Origin: an uncultured Solirubrobacterales bacterium
GTDB lineage: Bacteria; Actinomycetota; Thermoleophilia; Solirubrobacterales; 70-9
Length of the DNA: 64,000 nucleotides
NCBI GenBank assembly: GCA_963716345.1
Contig: OY970304.1
Location: forward strand, 2,075,483 to 2,139,482
Direction: 5' to 3'
Both the position numbers and the translations under genes were made by a program. Shown piece after piece: positions 34,402 through 45,633 of this stretch (its first letter is position 1; every line of letters begins with the position of its first letter). The notes beneath the pieces were generated by a model. It worked only from the letters and a program-made list of their open reading frames with translations. It was not told the DNA's origin and did not search any database.

Positions 34402-35848
34402 TCAGTGCCAGCTTTCGCGGCGCAGCTCGCCGTCGGTGGCGAGCACGAAATGGATGCCGTCGAGCTCGGGGTCGACTGCGGGGAAATCACTGCGCAGGTG
34501 GCCTCCACGCGACTCGGGGCGGGCCAGCGCGCAGGTCGCGATCGACTGCGCGAGCGGGAAGGGATCGTCCTGCAGCTGGCGCAGCAGCTCGGGATCGCGG
34601 CGGGGCCCAGCGAGAGCCCAGACCGCGTCGCGGGTCGCCTCGCCCGGTGGCTGAAAGCGCCACTCGCTCGGCTCGGGGGGCTCGGATGCAGCGGTCTCCT
34701 CCTGCGCCGCTCGGGCCGCCCGGGCGCCGAAGACGAAACACTCGCTGAGCGAATTTGAGGCCAGTCGGTTGGCGCCGTGCAGGCCGGTGCAGGAGCACTC
34801 GCCGACGGCGAAGAGTCCGGCCAGCGAGGAGCGCCCCTCGAGGTCGACGACGATGCCGCCCATCGTGTAGTGGGCCGCCGGAGCGACCGGAATCAGCTCA
34901 CTGGCCGGTTCGAGCCCAGCCTCCCGCAGCGAGGAGAAGACGTTGGGGAAGCGGGCGGGATCGAGCCCGCGCAGGTCGAGGTCGACCGCGTCGGCGCCAT
35001 CGGCCTCCATCCGGTCGAGCAGCGCCGAGGTGACCGCGTCGCGTGGTGCGAGCTCGTCGGTGAAGCGATCGCCGGCGGCATCGAGCAGCGTCGCTCCCTC
35101 GCCCCGCACCGCCTCGGTGATCAGTAGGCCGTCGAAGCGGGTGCCGGGCAGGAAGAGCGCGGTCGGGTGGAACTGGCAGAACTCGAGGTCGGCGAGGTCA
35201 GCGCCCGCCGCCGAGGCCATAGTCGGACCGGCGCCGATCGCGCCCCAGCGGGTTGGTGGTGCGCCGCCACAGTGCCGCGGCCCCACCGGTCGCCAGGATC
35301 GTCGCCGCAGCGGCGATCCGCTCGTCGTCGGTGAGCAGGCCGTGGCAGCGCTCGCCGTCGCTCCACAAAGCCATCATCGAGGCTCGCTCGCGGACCTCGA
35401 TCCGCTGCTCGCGGGCGACCATCGCGGCGAGCTTCGAGGTGATCTCGTGCCCGGTCGCGCTGCCGCCCGAGTGCACGATGCGGCGCCTGGTGTGGCCGCC
35501 CTCCAGGCCGAGTGCGAGCTCGTCGTCGGGGGCTAAATCGAAGACAACGCCGCGTGAGCGCAGGTCCTGCACGGCCGCTGGCGCCTCGTCGACCAAGGTC
35601 TGCACGGCGGCAGTCCGGCATAGCCCGCGCCCGGCGGCAAGCGTGTCGGCTGCGTGTCGCTCGGGCGAGTCGCCGGGTTCGAGCGCTGCAGCAAGCCCGC
35701 CCTGCGCCCAGTAGCTGGCGCTTTGGGAGAGCGGGGTGCGCGAGACGAGGCAGACGCGCGCGCCTTGCTCGGCCGCTGTCAGCGCCGTCCAGAGACCCGC
35801 CGCGCCGCCGCCGACGACGGCGACGTCGAACTCGGCTTTGGGGGTTAT
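34402..35848 (-). CDS. nadB: L-aspartate oxidase. The frame is broken as sequenced, and no canonical start codon is visible.
   Basis: The N-terminus (my own translation) FDVAVVGGGAAGL...SYWAQGG continues into ORF 35198..35605 (HSGGSATGHEI..., TILATGGAAALWRRTTNP). It then shifts near 35230-35260 into ORF 34402..35286 (FCQFHPTAL...EAVRGEG...HGANRLASNSL). Confidence 0.7.
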
Positions 35849-36264
35849 CGCTGCCCGGCCTCTCGCCGGATCGCCTCAACTTGACCGCGCAGCCAGGCCG
35901 CTGCCGCCTCGCGAGAGCGGGCCCGCTCGTCGGCGATTGCCCCCTCCGCTTCGGCAGCGCGCCTCTCGGCGTCGGTGATCCGCTGCTCGGTGGTCTCGGC
36001 CTGTGCCTCGATCTCGGCCAGGCGGCTCTCGGCCTCGGCGACGATCCGATCCTTTGCCTCGCGCTCGCGGCTTAGCTCCTCGGCATGGGCGGCTTTGAGC
36101 TGCTCTAGTGCCTCCGAGGCTTTGTCGCGCTCCGTCTCGAGGTCGGTCTCAAGCGCCTCGATCTCGGCCGCCACCCGCTTCTCGGCGGAGCTGGCCGCGG
36201 CAGCCGCCTCCTCGAGGCGGCGCTTCGCCATCTCGACCTGGGCGCTGAGGTCCTCGCCGCTCAC
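35845..36264 (-). CDS. Coiled-coil protein (139 aa), function unknown.
   Basis: Glu/Ala/Arg-rich heptad-like sequence (LEEAAAAASSAEKRVAAEIEALETDLETERDKASEALEQLKAAHAEEL...). Confidence 0.45.
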   Translation of the reverse strand: MSGEDLSAQVEMAKRRLEEAAAAASSAEKRVAAEIEALETDLETERDKASEALEQLKAAHAEELSREREAKDRIVAEAESRLAEIEAQAETTEQRITDAERRAAEAEGAIADERARSREAAAAWLRGQVEAIRREAGQR

Positions 36265-36276
36265 GCGCTCAATCTA

Positions 36277-37219
36277 TTACGCGCTGGCAAGGACAGCGCG
36301 GTAGGCCTCGAGTGTGCGCGCCGCCATGCGCGCCGCGGAGAGCGTTGCGGCGCGAGTCGACCCTTCGACGCGGGGGTTGTCGGAGCCGAGCAGGGGCTCG
36401 GCGGCGGCGCGCCAGCGCTCCAGCTCGAAGGGAGCGCAGAGAGCACCGCGCAGGCCGTCGAGGGCGTAGGGGGCGACACCCACCGGGGTGGAGAGGACGG
36501 GCACGTCACAGGCGAGCGCCTCGATCGCGGCGAGGCCAAAGCCCTCGTAATCGGAGGTGATCAGGACCGCGTTGGCGGCGTTGACCCAAAGCGGCATCCG
36601 CTCGGGCTCGATCGAGCCGCCGGTGAGCAGCTCTGCGTCGCAGGCGCCAGCGAGCTCGGCGGCACGGTCGTGGCGCTTCTCAGGGCGCGCGGGATTGGCT
36701 GGGAAGAGGAGGTAGCGGCCGTTTGGCTCGAGCCCGAGCTCGCGTCGTGCCTCGGCTCGCGATTTCGGCCTGAATCGGCGCAGGTCCGGGCCACAGGGCA
36801 GGACGGCCGAGCCGGGAACAGGGGGAAGGCCGGGGCGGCCGTCCTCTGGGTTGAAGAGCGCGCGCGAGACGGCGGCGACGAGATCGACCCGCCAGGCGAG
36901 GCGGCGGGAGAGCGGCCCGACCAGCCAGTGGCGGACGTCGGTGCCGTGGAAGCTGACCAGCAGCGGCCGGGCCCCGGCAAGGCGCGCACACCAGCCGACG
37001 AGGCCATAGTGGGCGTGGACGAGGTCGAAGCGCTCCCGCCGCAGCAAGCGCCGCAAGCGCCGCGTCGCCGGCAGATACTCATTGCGGCCGGGCGGGAATT
37101 CAAAGCGCACCGACCTCGACCCCGCAACGCTCGAGCTCGTCGATCTGATCGCGCAGCCAGCGGCCGCGCTGCGGCGCCCCTGCGTCCGGCACGAAATTGG
37201 TCACGATCAGCACGCGCAT
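36277..37219 (-). CDS. GT4-family (GT1-clan) glycosyltransferase, one apparent frameshift near 37105.
   Basis: ATG 37219 gives MRVLIVTNFVPDAGAPQRGRWLRDQIDELERCGVEV.., which then shifts into ORF 36277..37110 (...FDLVHAHYGL..., ITSDYEGFGLAAIEALACDVPVLSTPVG). Confidence 0.7.
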
Positions 37220-37338
37220 GCGGAGGAGGCTAGCTCCGGCAGATCCTGAATCGCGTCACAGAGCCGGCACGAACGCGTCTTGTTCGGCGTGTCCGTGCCC
37301 TTGAGCATCGATCTCCAACCGCAAAAAGGAGGCGTTCG

Positions 37339-37584
37339 ATGCTTTACATGTTGATGGGGTACCTGCACGCCGCGATCGAGGGGCGGGTGCGGGCGATTCG
37401 CTCTCTCGCCGGGGAGCGGGGGCAGGGCACGGTCGAGTACGTCGGTTTGATCCTGCTCGTCTCGCTGCTGATGGTGGGAATGGTGGCAGCGATGAAGGGG
37501 TTTAACGGCAAGCAGGGCACCGAGTTGGCGGACGTGATCGTCAACAAGATCAAGGAGGCGGTAGACAAGGTGGCCTTCAAATGA
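37339..37584 (+). CDS. Flp/Fap-type (type IVb, class III signal peptide) pilin-like protein.
   Basis: AAAGGAGG Shine-Dalgarno. ...AGERGQGTVEYVGLILLVSLLMVGMVAAM fits the Flp G/xxxxEY processing motif followed by a hydrophobic helix. Confidence 0.55.
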   Translation: MLYMLMGYLHAAIEGRVRAIRSLAGERGQGTVEYVGLILLVSLLMVGMVAAMKGFNGKQGTELADVIVNKIKEAVDKVAFK

Positions 37585-37712
37585 GTGCGTTGGAGGGGCG
37601 GTCCGTGCGGGCCGCCCCCGCCATCTTGCCGCTGGCGGGAGGGGTGGTGGATTCGGTGCAGATGCCGCCCCGACGGATTCCGTCCGGAGTCGGTCCTATG
37701 CTGTATTACAGT

Positions 37713-37949
37713 ATGAAGCATCGAACTCAGCTATATCTCGATGAGGGCCAGTACCGCTGGCTGAAGCAGCGCGCGGGCGAGGCGGGAAGCATCGCCGCGG
37801 TTGTACGCGATTTGATTGACGCCGAGCGAACCCGCGGGGTCGATCGCGCCACGGATCCCCTCTTGAGCTATCTCGTCGACGAGGCACCCGGTAAGGGGCC
37901 CGAGGGAACCAGTGTCAGCAGCCTGGATCGCGACCTCTACGGCTCATGA
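37713..37949 (+). CDS. vapB: Ribbon-helix-helix (CopG/VapB-like) antitoxin.
   Basis: MKHRTQLYLDEGQYRWLKQRAGEAGSIAAVVRDLID is the RHH pattern. An alternative start is ATG 37698. 4-nt overlap with the PIN gene. Confidence 0.65.
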   Translation: MKHRTQLYLDEGQYRWLKQRAGEAGSIAAVVRDLIDAERTRGVDRATDPLLSYLVDEAPGKGPEGTSVSSLDRDLYGS

Positions 37950-38356
37950 GGTCGGTATTCGTCGACACCAGCGCTTTCGTTGCGCTGCGCAACTCTTCCG
38001 AGGCCGAGCACGAGCGGGCGCGGTTGGCGCTGACCAAGCTTATCTCCGAGGGCGTCGCGCTCTTCACCTCCAATTACGTCTTCGCGGAGACCTACACGGC
38101 GCTAATGGTGCGGGTGGGTCGTGGCGAGGCGATCGAGTGGGGGCGGCGCTTTCGCGATGGTGGTGCGATCGATCTCGTTCACCTTGATCGACCGACGGAG
38201 GAAAGGGCTTGGGAGATCCTCGAGCGCTACGACGACAAGCGTTGGAGCTACGTCGATGCCACCTCGTTCGCCCTGCTCGAGCGCGGCGGAGAAGGCAGCG
38301 CGTTCGCGTTCGATGCGCATTTCTCGCAGCGCGGGCTGCGGGTAGTACCCGAATAG
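37946..38356 (+). CDS. vapC: PIN-domain toxin (VapC).
   Basis: MRSVFVDTSAFVAL...FTSNYVFAETYT...SYVDATSFALL...FDAHF carries the conserved acidic PIN residues (D6, E, D, D). Confidence 0.8.
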   Translation: MRSVFVDTSAFVALRNSSEAEHERARLALTKLISEGVALFTSNYVFAETYTALMVRVGRGEAIEWGRRFRDGGAIDLVHLDRPTEERAWEILERYDDKRWSYVDATSFALLERGGEGSAFAFDAHFSQRGLRVVPE

Positions 38357-38536
38357 TTTCTATTGACTGCTCAGGGAGTACCAGCCTATGCTCTCGCCAG
38401 GCTCGCGAGGCGCCGGGGTTAATCGAGACCCGTGGAGATGCCAGAGGGCTACCCCAGTGGGAAGGAAGGGTCGCGCGCGAGCGCGGCCCTTCCGCCAGCT
38501 CCTCCGGATTGATGCCGCTGACTTAGACTCGCGCGC

Positions 38537-39269
38537 ATGCCAGCCTCCCGCAGTTACGACCGCGCCCCCGCCGACATTCGTCCCGTCTCGATCGACCCCG
38601 GGTTCGTCGATACGGCTGACGGCTCAGCCTTGATCACCCTCGGTCGCACCAGGGTGATCTGTACAGCCTCGGTAAATGACCTCGGTGCCGCGCTGGATGC
38701 AGGGGCGCGGCAAGGGCTGGGTCACGGCCGAGTACGCGATGCTGCCTGCCTCCACCGGCGATCGCAAGACGCGCGACATAGCCAAGGGCAAGCAGGATGG
38801 GCGCGGGGTGGAGATCCAGCGCCTGATCGGCCGCTCGCTGCGGGTCGTGCTCGACTTCAAAGGCGCTCGGCGAGCGCAGCGTCTACGTCGATTGCGACGT
38901 GCTCGCAGGCCGACGGCGGCACCCGCTGCGCGGCGATCACCGGTGGCTACGTTGCTCTGCGGCTGGCCCTACAGAAACTCGTCGACGCGGGCGAGCTCGA
39001 GACGATGCCGCTGACTGGATCGGTCGCCGCGATCAGCGTCGGCATGGTCGACGGCCGTCCGCTCTGCGATCTCGACTACTCGGAGGACTCGACCGCGGAG
39101 GTCGATGCCAACGTCGTCATGACCGGCGACGGCGGCCTGGTCGAGGTGCAGGCGACGGCCGAGCGCACGCCGCTCTCCCGCGCCTCGCTCGACGAGCTGC
39201 TCGGTCTGGCGGAGATGGGGCATCTCACGCTTGCGCGAGGTGCAGGAGCGGGTCGTCGGCGGTGAGTAA
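38537..39269 (+). CDS. rph: Ribonuclease PH. The frame is broken at least three times as sequenced.
   Basis: ORF 38537 (...[33 protein letters not shown]) shifts to ORF 38676 ([45 protein letters not shown]), then back ([23 protein letters not shown]...[18 protein letters not shown]). The C-terminus [15 protein letters not shown] is in a third frame. Confidence 0.8.
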
Positions 39270-39274
39270 CAAAG

Positions 39275-39878
39275 TTGATCTTCGCCACCGCCAACAAGCA
39301 CAAGCTGCGCGAGATGCGGGAACTGCTGCCCGCAGCTCGAACTGAAGCCGCTCCCGGAGGGAGTTGAGCTGCCGCCCGAGGAGGGCGACATCATTCGCGG
39401 TTAACGCGCTGGATCAAGGCGCGGGCGGCGCACTCGGCGAGTGGCGAGGCCGCGATCGGCGACGACTCGGGCATCGAGGCGATGGCGCTCGGTGGTCGAC
39501 CCGGGATCCACTCCGCTCGCTACGGCGGGCCGGGCGCGAGCGACGAGGAGAACCTCGACAAGCTCCTGCGCGAGGTCGCGGCGGCTGGCGAAGAGCGGCG
39601 TGCGGCGTATCATCTGCGCGCTGGCTCTGGTCGATGCAGATGGCTCCGAGCTGGTCTTCGAGGCTCGCTGCGAGGGCCGGCTGATCGAGCGGCCACGCGG
39701 CGAGGGCGGCTTCGGCTATGACCCCGCCTTCGTCCCCGACGACACCGGGCCCGCCGATCAGCGCACGATGTCGGAGTTGAGCCCGGCCGAGAAGAACGAG
39801 ATCAGCCACCGCGGCCGGGCAGCTCGCTTGCTGGCGGCGCACTTGGGCGGCAGTCGGGTCAGCCAAGAGGCGCGATGA
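39275..39878 (+). CDS. rdgB: dITP/XTP pyrophosphatase (RdgB/HAM1 family). The frame is broken several times as sequenced.
   Basis: TTG 39275 gives (M)[18 protein letters not shown]. The middle part [23 protein letters not shown] is in ORF 39482. The C-terminus [13 protein letters not shown]...[22 protein letters not shown] is in ORF 39441..39878. Confidence 0.75.
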
Positions 39879-40789
39879 TCCGCACGAAGAGCGGTGCAGC
39901 GGCGCTCTCGATCGCCTCGAACGCGCTGCTGATTGCAATCAAGCTGGCGGCCGGGGCGATCACCGGCTCGATCGCGATTCTCACCGAGGCGGTTCACTCG
40001 CTGATCGACCTGGTCGCCTCGATCGTCGCCTTCTTCTCGGTCCGCAAGGCCGACGAGCCGGCTGACGCCGATCACCCCTACGGCCACGAGAAGGTCGAGA
40101 GCCTGGCGGCGACGATCGAGGGGCTGCTGATCCTGGTCGGCGCCGGGAATCATCATCTACGAGGCGACGCACAGGCTCGTCGTCGGTTCCAGCGTCGAAA
40201 CGCTCGGTGTCGGCATCGCCGTGATGGGCTTCTCGGTCCTCGCCAACTCGGTCGTCTCGACGGTGCTCTCGCGGCAGGCCAAGGCGCACGACTCACCGGC
40301 GCTGGAAGGGCGACGCCTCGCATCTGCGTACCGACGCGCTCACCTCGGCCGGCGTCCTTGTCGGTCTGGTGCTGGTCCAGGTCACCGGCAACGCCGCCTT
40401 CGACTCGATCACCGCGCTGGTCGTCGCCGTCGCGATCGTCGTCGCCGGCGTCCGCATCGTCAAGCGCTCCTCCGGTGTGCTCGTCGACGAAGCCCTGCCC
40501 GACGAGGAGATGGACCGGATCGAGGCGGCGATCGCCGCGGCCCGCACGACGGAGGTCGCCGGATACCACAAGCTGCGCGCCCGCCGGGCCGGCAGCCGCC
40601 GCTACATCGATCTCCACGTCCAGTACCGCTCCGGGACCAGTCTCGAGCGGGCCCACGAACTGGCCCACGCAGATGCGCGACTCGATCGAGGCGAAGATCC
40701 CGCGCGCCGAGGTGCTGATCCACGTCGAGCCGGAGACGTCCCTGCGTGACCCCGAGCGAGCCCGCTCAGGACCGTTTCGGGCCGGCTAG
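39875..40789 (+). CDS. Cation diffusion facilitator (CDF) family transporter. The frame is broken several times as sequenced.
   Basis: LTEAVHSLIDLVASIVAFFSVRKADEPADADHPYGHEKVESLAATIEG (39875 frame). SHLRTDALTSAGVLVGL.../VLVDEALPDEEMDRIEAAI (ORFs 40221 and 40369). C-terminus MRDSIEAKIPRAEVLIHVEP. Confidence 0.75.
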   Translation: MIRTKSGAAALSIASNALLIAIKLAAGAITGSIAILTEAVHSLIDLVASIVAFFSVRKADEPADADHPYGHEKVESLAATIEGLLILVGAGNHHLRGDAQARRRFQRRNARCRHRRDGLLGPRQLGRLDGALAAGQGARLTGAGRATPRICVPTRSPRPASLSVWCWSRSPATPPSTRSPRWSSPSRSSSPASASSSAPPVCSSTKPCPTRRWTGSRRRSPRPARRRSPDTTSCAPAGPAAAATSISTSSTAPGPVSSGPTNWPTQMRDSIEAKIPRAEVLIHVEPETSLRDPERARSGPFRAG

Positions 40790-40949
40790 GGGCGTGGGCA
40801 GCAGATTGACCGCCGCGGCGAGCCCGACGGCGACCCACGGTGATCGTGTAGCCGGTGTAGCCGCTGATCGCGAAGAGGACCGCGGCGATCGCGCAGATCG
40901 ACGACGACGGTGATCCAGGAAGCTCGGGCCAGGGACACGGGTCGCTATT

Positions 40950-41562
40950 TTGACCGAGATGCCCGACGCTGCCGACGACCGAGGTCGGTCCTGGCCGAGC
41001 GGCCGCCGAGGCGGCGCTGGCCTTTCTGACCGAGATGTCGCCCGACCTGCGCGGCGGCGCGATCCTCGACTCCGACGGCTCGGTCCTCGCCGCCACCGGC
41101 CGGCCCGAGCGCTGGCGCGAGGACGTCGCGACCTTGCTCGAGGTGGCCGACGGCGCCGGCGGCGAGCCGGTCGAGCAGGTCCACATCGCCACCGAGCAGG
41201 GCGAGGTCTTCGCTCTCCGCCACGCCGGGCTGGCGGCGATCGCGGTGACCGAGCGCTTCGCTCTCGCCTCGCTGCTTTTCTTCGACATGCGCGCGTGCTT
41301 CGCGACCTCGCGAGGGCGGCGACGGAAAGGGACTCGATGCCACCTAAGCCGCACCGCATCCTGCTCGACCGCGTCTCCGGCTACGCCGACGAGGCGGCCG
41401 CCTACATGCGCCGCCGCCGCGTCTCCCGCCAACCCTTCGCCCGGCTCTACTACCCGAGCGGGCGCAGCCACCGACCACGCCGGCGACTCGCTCGCCGGCG
41501 CCGAGCTCTTCGTCGCCGCGGGCCGCTTGATCGAGATCGCCGGGAAGAGGCCAAAGCCATGA
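40950..41562 (+). CDS. Roadblock/LC7-like domain protein. The frame is broken and the boundaries are uncertain. It may be two genes.
   Basis: ...AALAFLTEMSPDLRGGAILDSDGSVLAATG...VHIATEQGEVFALRHAGLAAIAVTERFALASLLFFDMR (ORF 41035). The C-terminal part is spread over two frames and ends ...AGAELFVAAGRLIEIAGKRPKP. Confidence 0.35.
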
Positions 41563-42954
41563 GCGGGCTGATCGATCCCGAGGTCGCCGAGCGCGTCCTC
41601 GCCGCGGGCGCTCGCCAACGGCGGCGACTTCGCCGAGGTCTTCGCCGAACGCCGCGGCGGGCTGACGATGGCGATCGACGAGTCGCGGATCGAGGCGGTC
41701 CAGTCGGGCGCCGAGGAGGGCGCCGGGGTGCGGGTGGTCGAGCGGCGCCACCACCTACTTCGCCCACGTCGACGGGCTCGATCCCGGCCGACCTCGAGCG
41801 CGCCGCCGACGAGGCCGCGGCGGCGCTGCGCGGCGAGCGGCGCCGAGCCGCGGCCGCTGAGGCCGCGCCGACCACGCCCGCTGCCGATCGAGGTGCGCCG
41901 CCCGAGGAGTCCCCGCCGAGCGCAAGGCGGAGCTGCTGCGCGAGCTCGACGAGCGCGGCCGCGGCGCAGGGCGCCGAGATCGCCCAGTTCACCGCCTCCT
42001 ACGCGGAGGCGCGCCGCGAGGTCAGCGTCGCCAACTCCGAGGGCCTGCTTCACCGGCGACGACCGCACCCGCATCCGGATCGGCGCCCAGGCCGTCGCCC
42101 GCCGCGACGACACGGTCGAGACCGGCGCCGAGACGCTCGGCGCCCACCGCGGCTTCGAGCTGCTCGACAGACGACCCCGGCTCGATCGCCGAGCAGGCAG
42201 CGCGCAAGGCACTGACCCTGCTCGACGCCGGTCCCGGCCCCGTCCGGCTCGATGCCGGTGGTCGTCGGCGGCGGCTTCGGCGGCGTCCTCTTCCACGAGA
42301 TGACCGGCCACGGGCTCGAGGCCGACCACATCCAGAAGGGCGCCAGCGTCTACGTCGGCAAGCTCGGCGAGCAGGTGGCGCAGCCGCTGCTGAACGCCTA
42401 CGACGACGGCCGCCTGCCGAACGAGTGGGGCAGCGACGCGATCGACGACGAGGGGGCGCCGACCCAGAAGACGCAGGTGATCGAGGACGGACGCCTCACC
42501 TCCTTCCTCTACGACCGCCTCACGCGCCGAGCGCGACGGCGTCGCCTCGACCGGCAACGGTCGCCGCGAGAGCTTCCGCCACCTGCCGATCCCGCGCATG
42601 ACCAACACCTACATCGCCCCCGGCGACGCCGACCCCGAGGCGATGATCGCCGAGGTCGAGCGCGGCTTCTACGCCGTCTCCTTCGCCGGCGGCCAGGTCG
42701 ACCCGGCGACCGGCGACTTCGTCTTCGGCGTCTCCGAGGGCTACCTGATCGAGGACGGCAAGGTGACCCGTCCCTGCCGCGGCGCGACCCTGATCGGCAA
42801 CTGCCTGGAGGCGCTGGCGGCGATCGACGCGGTCGGCGACGACTTCTTGATGAAGACCGGGATCTGCGGCAAGGGCGGCCAGCGGGTGCCGGTCGGGACC
42901 GGCCAGGGCCACGTCCGGATCCGGGCGATGACGGTCGGGGGGACCGAGCTGTGA
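41559..42954 (+). CDS. tldD: TldD-family metalloprotease. The frame is broken several times as sequenced.
   Basis: ATG 41559 overlaps the upstream stop. FAEVFAERR...GAGVRVV. The core VVGGGFGGVLFHEMTGHGLEADHIQKGASVY (HExxxH-like) is in ORF 42252. The C-terminus PRMTNTYIAPGDADPEAMIAEVERGFY...GICGKGGQRVPVGTGQGHVRI is in ORF 42598..42954. Confidence 0.8.
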
Positions 42955-44318
42955 GCGAGCTGAGCGCGACCGCCGGCGCGCGGTCGAGGCGGCGCTCGCG
43001 GCCGGGGCGGGCGAGGCCGAGGCCTACGCCGCCGCGGACAGCGGCCGCGAGGTCCGGGTCCACGGCGGCGAGGTCGAGAGCCTCACCGCCGCGACCCAGC
43101 GCGGGATCGGCGTCCGCGCCTGGATCGGCGAGCCGGGTCGGCTACGCCTACGGCACCGACCTCTCCGAGGCGGGCGTCGCGGCGATCGCCGCGCGCGCCG
43201 CCGAGGCGGCCGCGGTCGCCGACGAGGACGAGTTCGCGGCGCCGCCCGCGCGCCGGCGCCGAGATCGCGGCGCTCGCCGGGCCTCGAGCGATCCCTCGCG
43301 TCGCCGACCTGGAGCGCCGGCCGAGGTCGCCGAGCTGGCGCTGACGGTCGAGCGCACCGCGCTGGCCGCCGACTCGCGGGTCGCCGGGGTCGAGCAGGCC
43401 GTCTACGCCGACTCCGCCGAGCGGGTCGCGATCGCCTCCTCGACCGGCATCGCCGGCGAGTACTCGAGCTCCAGCTGCTTCGCCTACCTGCAGGCACTGG
43501 CCGAGGGCGACGACGGCCGCGAGACCGGGCTCGGCTTCGACCTCGCCCGCGGGCCCGCGGTCCTCGACCCCGCGGCGATCGGGCGCGAGGGCGCCGAGCG
43601 CGCGGCGGCGATGATCGGCGCCGGCAAGCCGCACTCGCGCTCCTGCCCGGTCGTCCTCGACCCGACCGTCGCCGCCAGCTTCGCCGGCCTGATCGGCGGC
43701 GGCCTCGGCGCCAAGCGCGGTGCAGCGCGGGCGCTCGCCCGTTCGCCGACCGGCTCGGCGAGGAGGTGGCCAGCGCGGCCCTCGCCCTGCACGACGACGG
43801 CCTCGACCCCGACGGGCTCCGCCTCGGCCCCGTTCGACGGCGAGGGCGTGCCGCGGCGCCGCACCGCCCTGATCGAGGGCGGCGCGCCTGCGCACCTATC
43901 CTCTACGACACCTACACGGCCAACCGCGGGGCGCCGCCTCGACCGGCAACGCCAGCCGCAGCGGCTATCGCTCCCAGCCCTCGGTCTCGGCCTCCAACCT
44001 GATCGTCGCCCCCGGCGAGCTCGAGCTTCGCCGAGCTTCTCGGCGAGGCTGGCGATGGCGTCTTCGTCACCGACGTCGCCGGCCTTCACTCCGGCGTCAA
44101 CCCGGTCACCGGCGTCTTCTCGGTCGGCGCCTCTGGCCGGGTCGATCCGCGACGGCGAGCTGGCCGAGCCGTTGCGCGAGTTCACGATCGCCAGCGATCT
44201 GGTCTCGATGCTGCGCGCCGTCAGGGCCGCCGGCGCGGAGTCCCGTTGGGTGCCTTTCGGCGGCTCGGTCCGCACGCCGCCGCTGCTGATCGGCGGCGAT
44301 GACCGTCAGCGGCGCGTG
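42951..44318 (+). CDS. pmbA: PmbA/TldE-family protein. The frame is broken several times as sequenced.
   Basis: GTG 42951 overlaps the tldD stop (GTGA). Fragments VGYAYGTDLSEAGVAAIAARA..., VFVTDVAGLHSGVNPVTGVFSVGA.., and ...WVPFGGSVRTPPLLIGG then MTVSGA-stop in a shifted frame. Confidence 0.7.
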
Positions 44319-44397
44319 AGCCTCCGCGCGCGACGCTTACGCCGTGCCCGCTGTTAGATTGCGCCCGATCTTCAACCCCCAGAGGAGGAGTTTCGAC

Positions 44398-44679
44398 GTG
44401 ACCAAGGCTGAGTTTCTGGACCAACTGGCAGGCGACGACCGGCTGGGCAGCAAGAAAGCCGCCAGCGACGCGGTCGACGCCGTGCTCGACGCGATCACCG
44501 ACGCTCTGAGCGCCGGCGGCGAGGTCAGCTTCACCGGCTTCGGCAAATTCCACGTCGCCGAGCGCGGCCCGCGCCAGGGCGTCAACCCGCGCACCGGTGA
44601 GCGGATCACGATCCCGGGCGGCAAGGTGCCGCGCTTCTCCGCCGGCTCGGCGCTGAAGACCAAGGTCAAGGGCGGCTGA
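44398..44679 (+). CDS. hup: HU-family nucleoid-associated DNA-binding protein.
   Basis: GTG 44398 with GAGGAGG upstream. TKAEFLDQLAG...VSFTGFGKFHVAERGPRQGVNPRTGERITIPGGKVPRFSAGSALK. Confidence 0.85.
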   Translation: MTKAEFLDQLAGDDRLGSKKAASDAVDAVLDAITDALSAGGEVSFTGFGKFHVAERGPRQGVNPRTGERITIPGGKVPRFSAGSALKTKVKGG

Positions 44680-45577
44680 TGTCCTGACCCTTTCGCGGAT
44701 CGGCTTGCGGCGCTCGTCGAAGAGCGCCGCAGCCAGGTCTGCCTCGGTCTCGACCCCGATCCGGCGAAGCTCTGCCGGGGAGGGGCCGATGGCCGCCGGC
44801 CGCGGGACCCGGCCGCCGAGCTGGCCGCCGCGCGCGGTGGTCGCCCACTGCCGCTCGCTGATCGAGCGCGCCGGGCCGGCCTGCGTCGCGGTCAAGCCGC
44901 AGCTCGCCTGCTTCGAGCGCCTCGGCGCGCCCGGCTGGGCGGCGCTGGCGGAGGTCTGCGCGGCCGCCCGCGAGGCCGGCCTGCTCGTCGATCGCCGACG
45001 GCAAGCGCGGCGACGTGCCGGTCACCGCCGCCGCCTACGCCCAGGCCCTGGTCGGCGAGACGCCGACGCCCTGGGGGCCGGTCGCCGGGCTCGGCGCCGA
45101 CGCCTTCACCGCCAACCCGCTGCTCGGCCTCGACGCGCTCGAGCCGCTGGTCGAGGCGGCCGAAGCGGCCGGCGCCGGCGTCTTCGCCCTGGTCCGCACC
45201 AGCAATCCCGGCGCCGCCGACATCCAGGACCTGCCCGCGCCCGAGCAGCCCCTGCACGAGCGCCTCGCCGACCTGGTCGACGGCCTCGCTCCGCGGCTGC
45301 TCGGCGACGTCCGGGCTGAGCGGGATGGGCGCCGTCGTCGGCGCCACCGAGCCCCGAGCACATCGCCCGCCTGCGCGAGCTGATGCCGCGCTCGATCTTC
45401 CTCATCCCCGGCGTCGGCGCCCAGGGCGGCACGGCCGGAGCTGCTCGGCGCCGCCTTCAGCGCCGGGCCCGCCTCGGCGCTCGTCGCCGCCTCGCGCGGC
45501 ATCGCCGCCGACGCCGGATCCGGGCGCGGCGGCGGAGCACCTACGCAGCTGCGGTTTGGGAGGTTTCGACCGCCTGA
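44679..45577 (+). CDS. pyrF: Orotidine-5'-phosphate decarboxylase (type 2). The frame is broken several times as sequenced.
   Basis: PFADRLAALVEERRSQVCLGLDPDP (my own translation). Then AVKPQLACFERLGAPGWAAL...(ORF 44705), DGKRGDVPVTAAAY...FALVRTSNPGAADIQ (ORF 45015), and IFLIPGVGAQGG (ORF 45383). Confidence 0.75.
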
Positions 45578-45633
45578 AAACGCCTGACCGTCTATACGAT
45601 CAGCGGCGCCCATCCCATCGCCAGTCACGTCCA

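Noticed and set aside
38465-38492. GC-rich hairpin (GAAGGGUCGCGC-GCGA-GCGCGGCCCUUC) downstream of vapC, as an intrinsic terminator.
   Set aside because: It has one mismatch in the stem, no following U-tract, and lies ~110 nt after the stop codon. It is plausible but not sufficiently supported to list as a feature.
40602-42608. 668-aa ORF on the minus strand. Similar long antisense or off-frame ORFs include 1698..2612 (-), 18604..19980 (-), 32363..34654 (+), 35121..35879 (-), 47579..48538 (-) and 49742..51142 (-).
   Set aside because: Their Arg/Ala/Pro/Gly-rich, low-complexity composition is typical of stop-poor alternative frames in very G+C-rich DNA. In each case the opposite strand or another frame encodes a recognisable conserved protein (tldD, module B, the E1-like gene, hyuA, nadB, pfkB, guaA).
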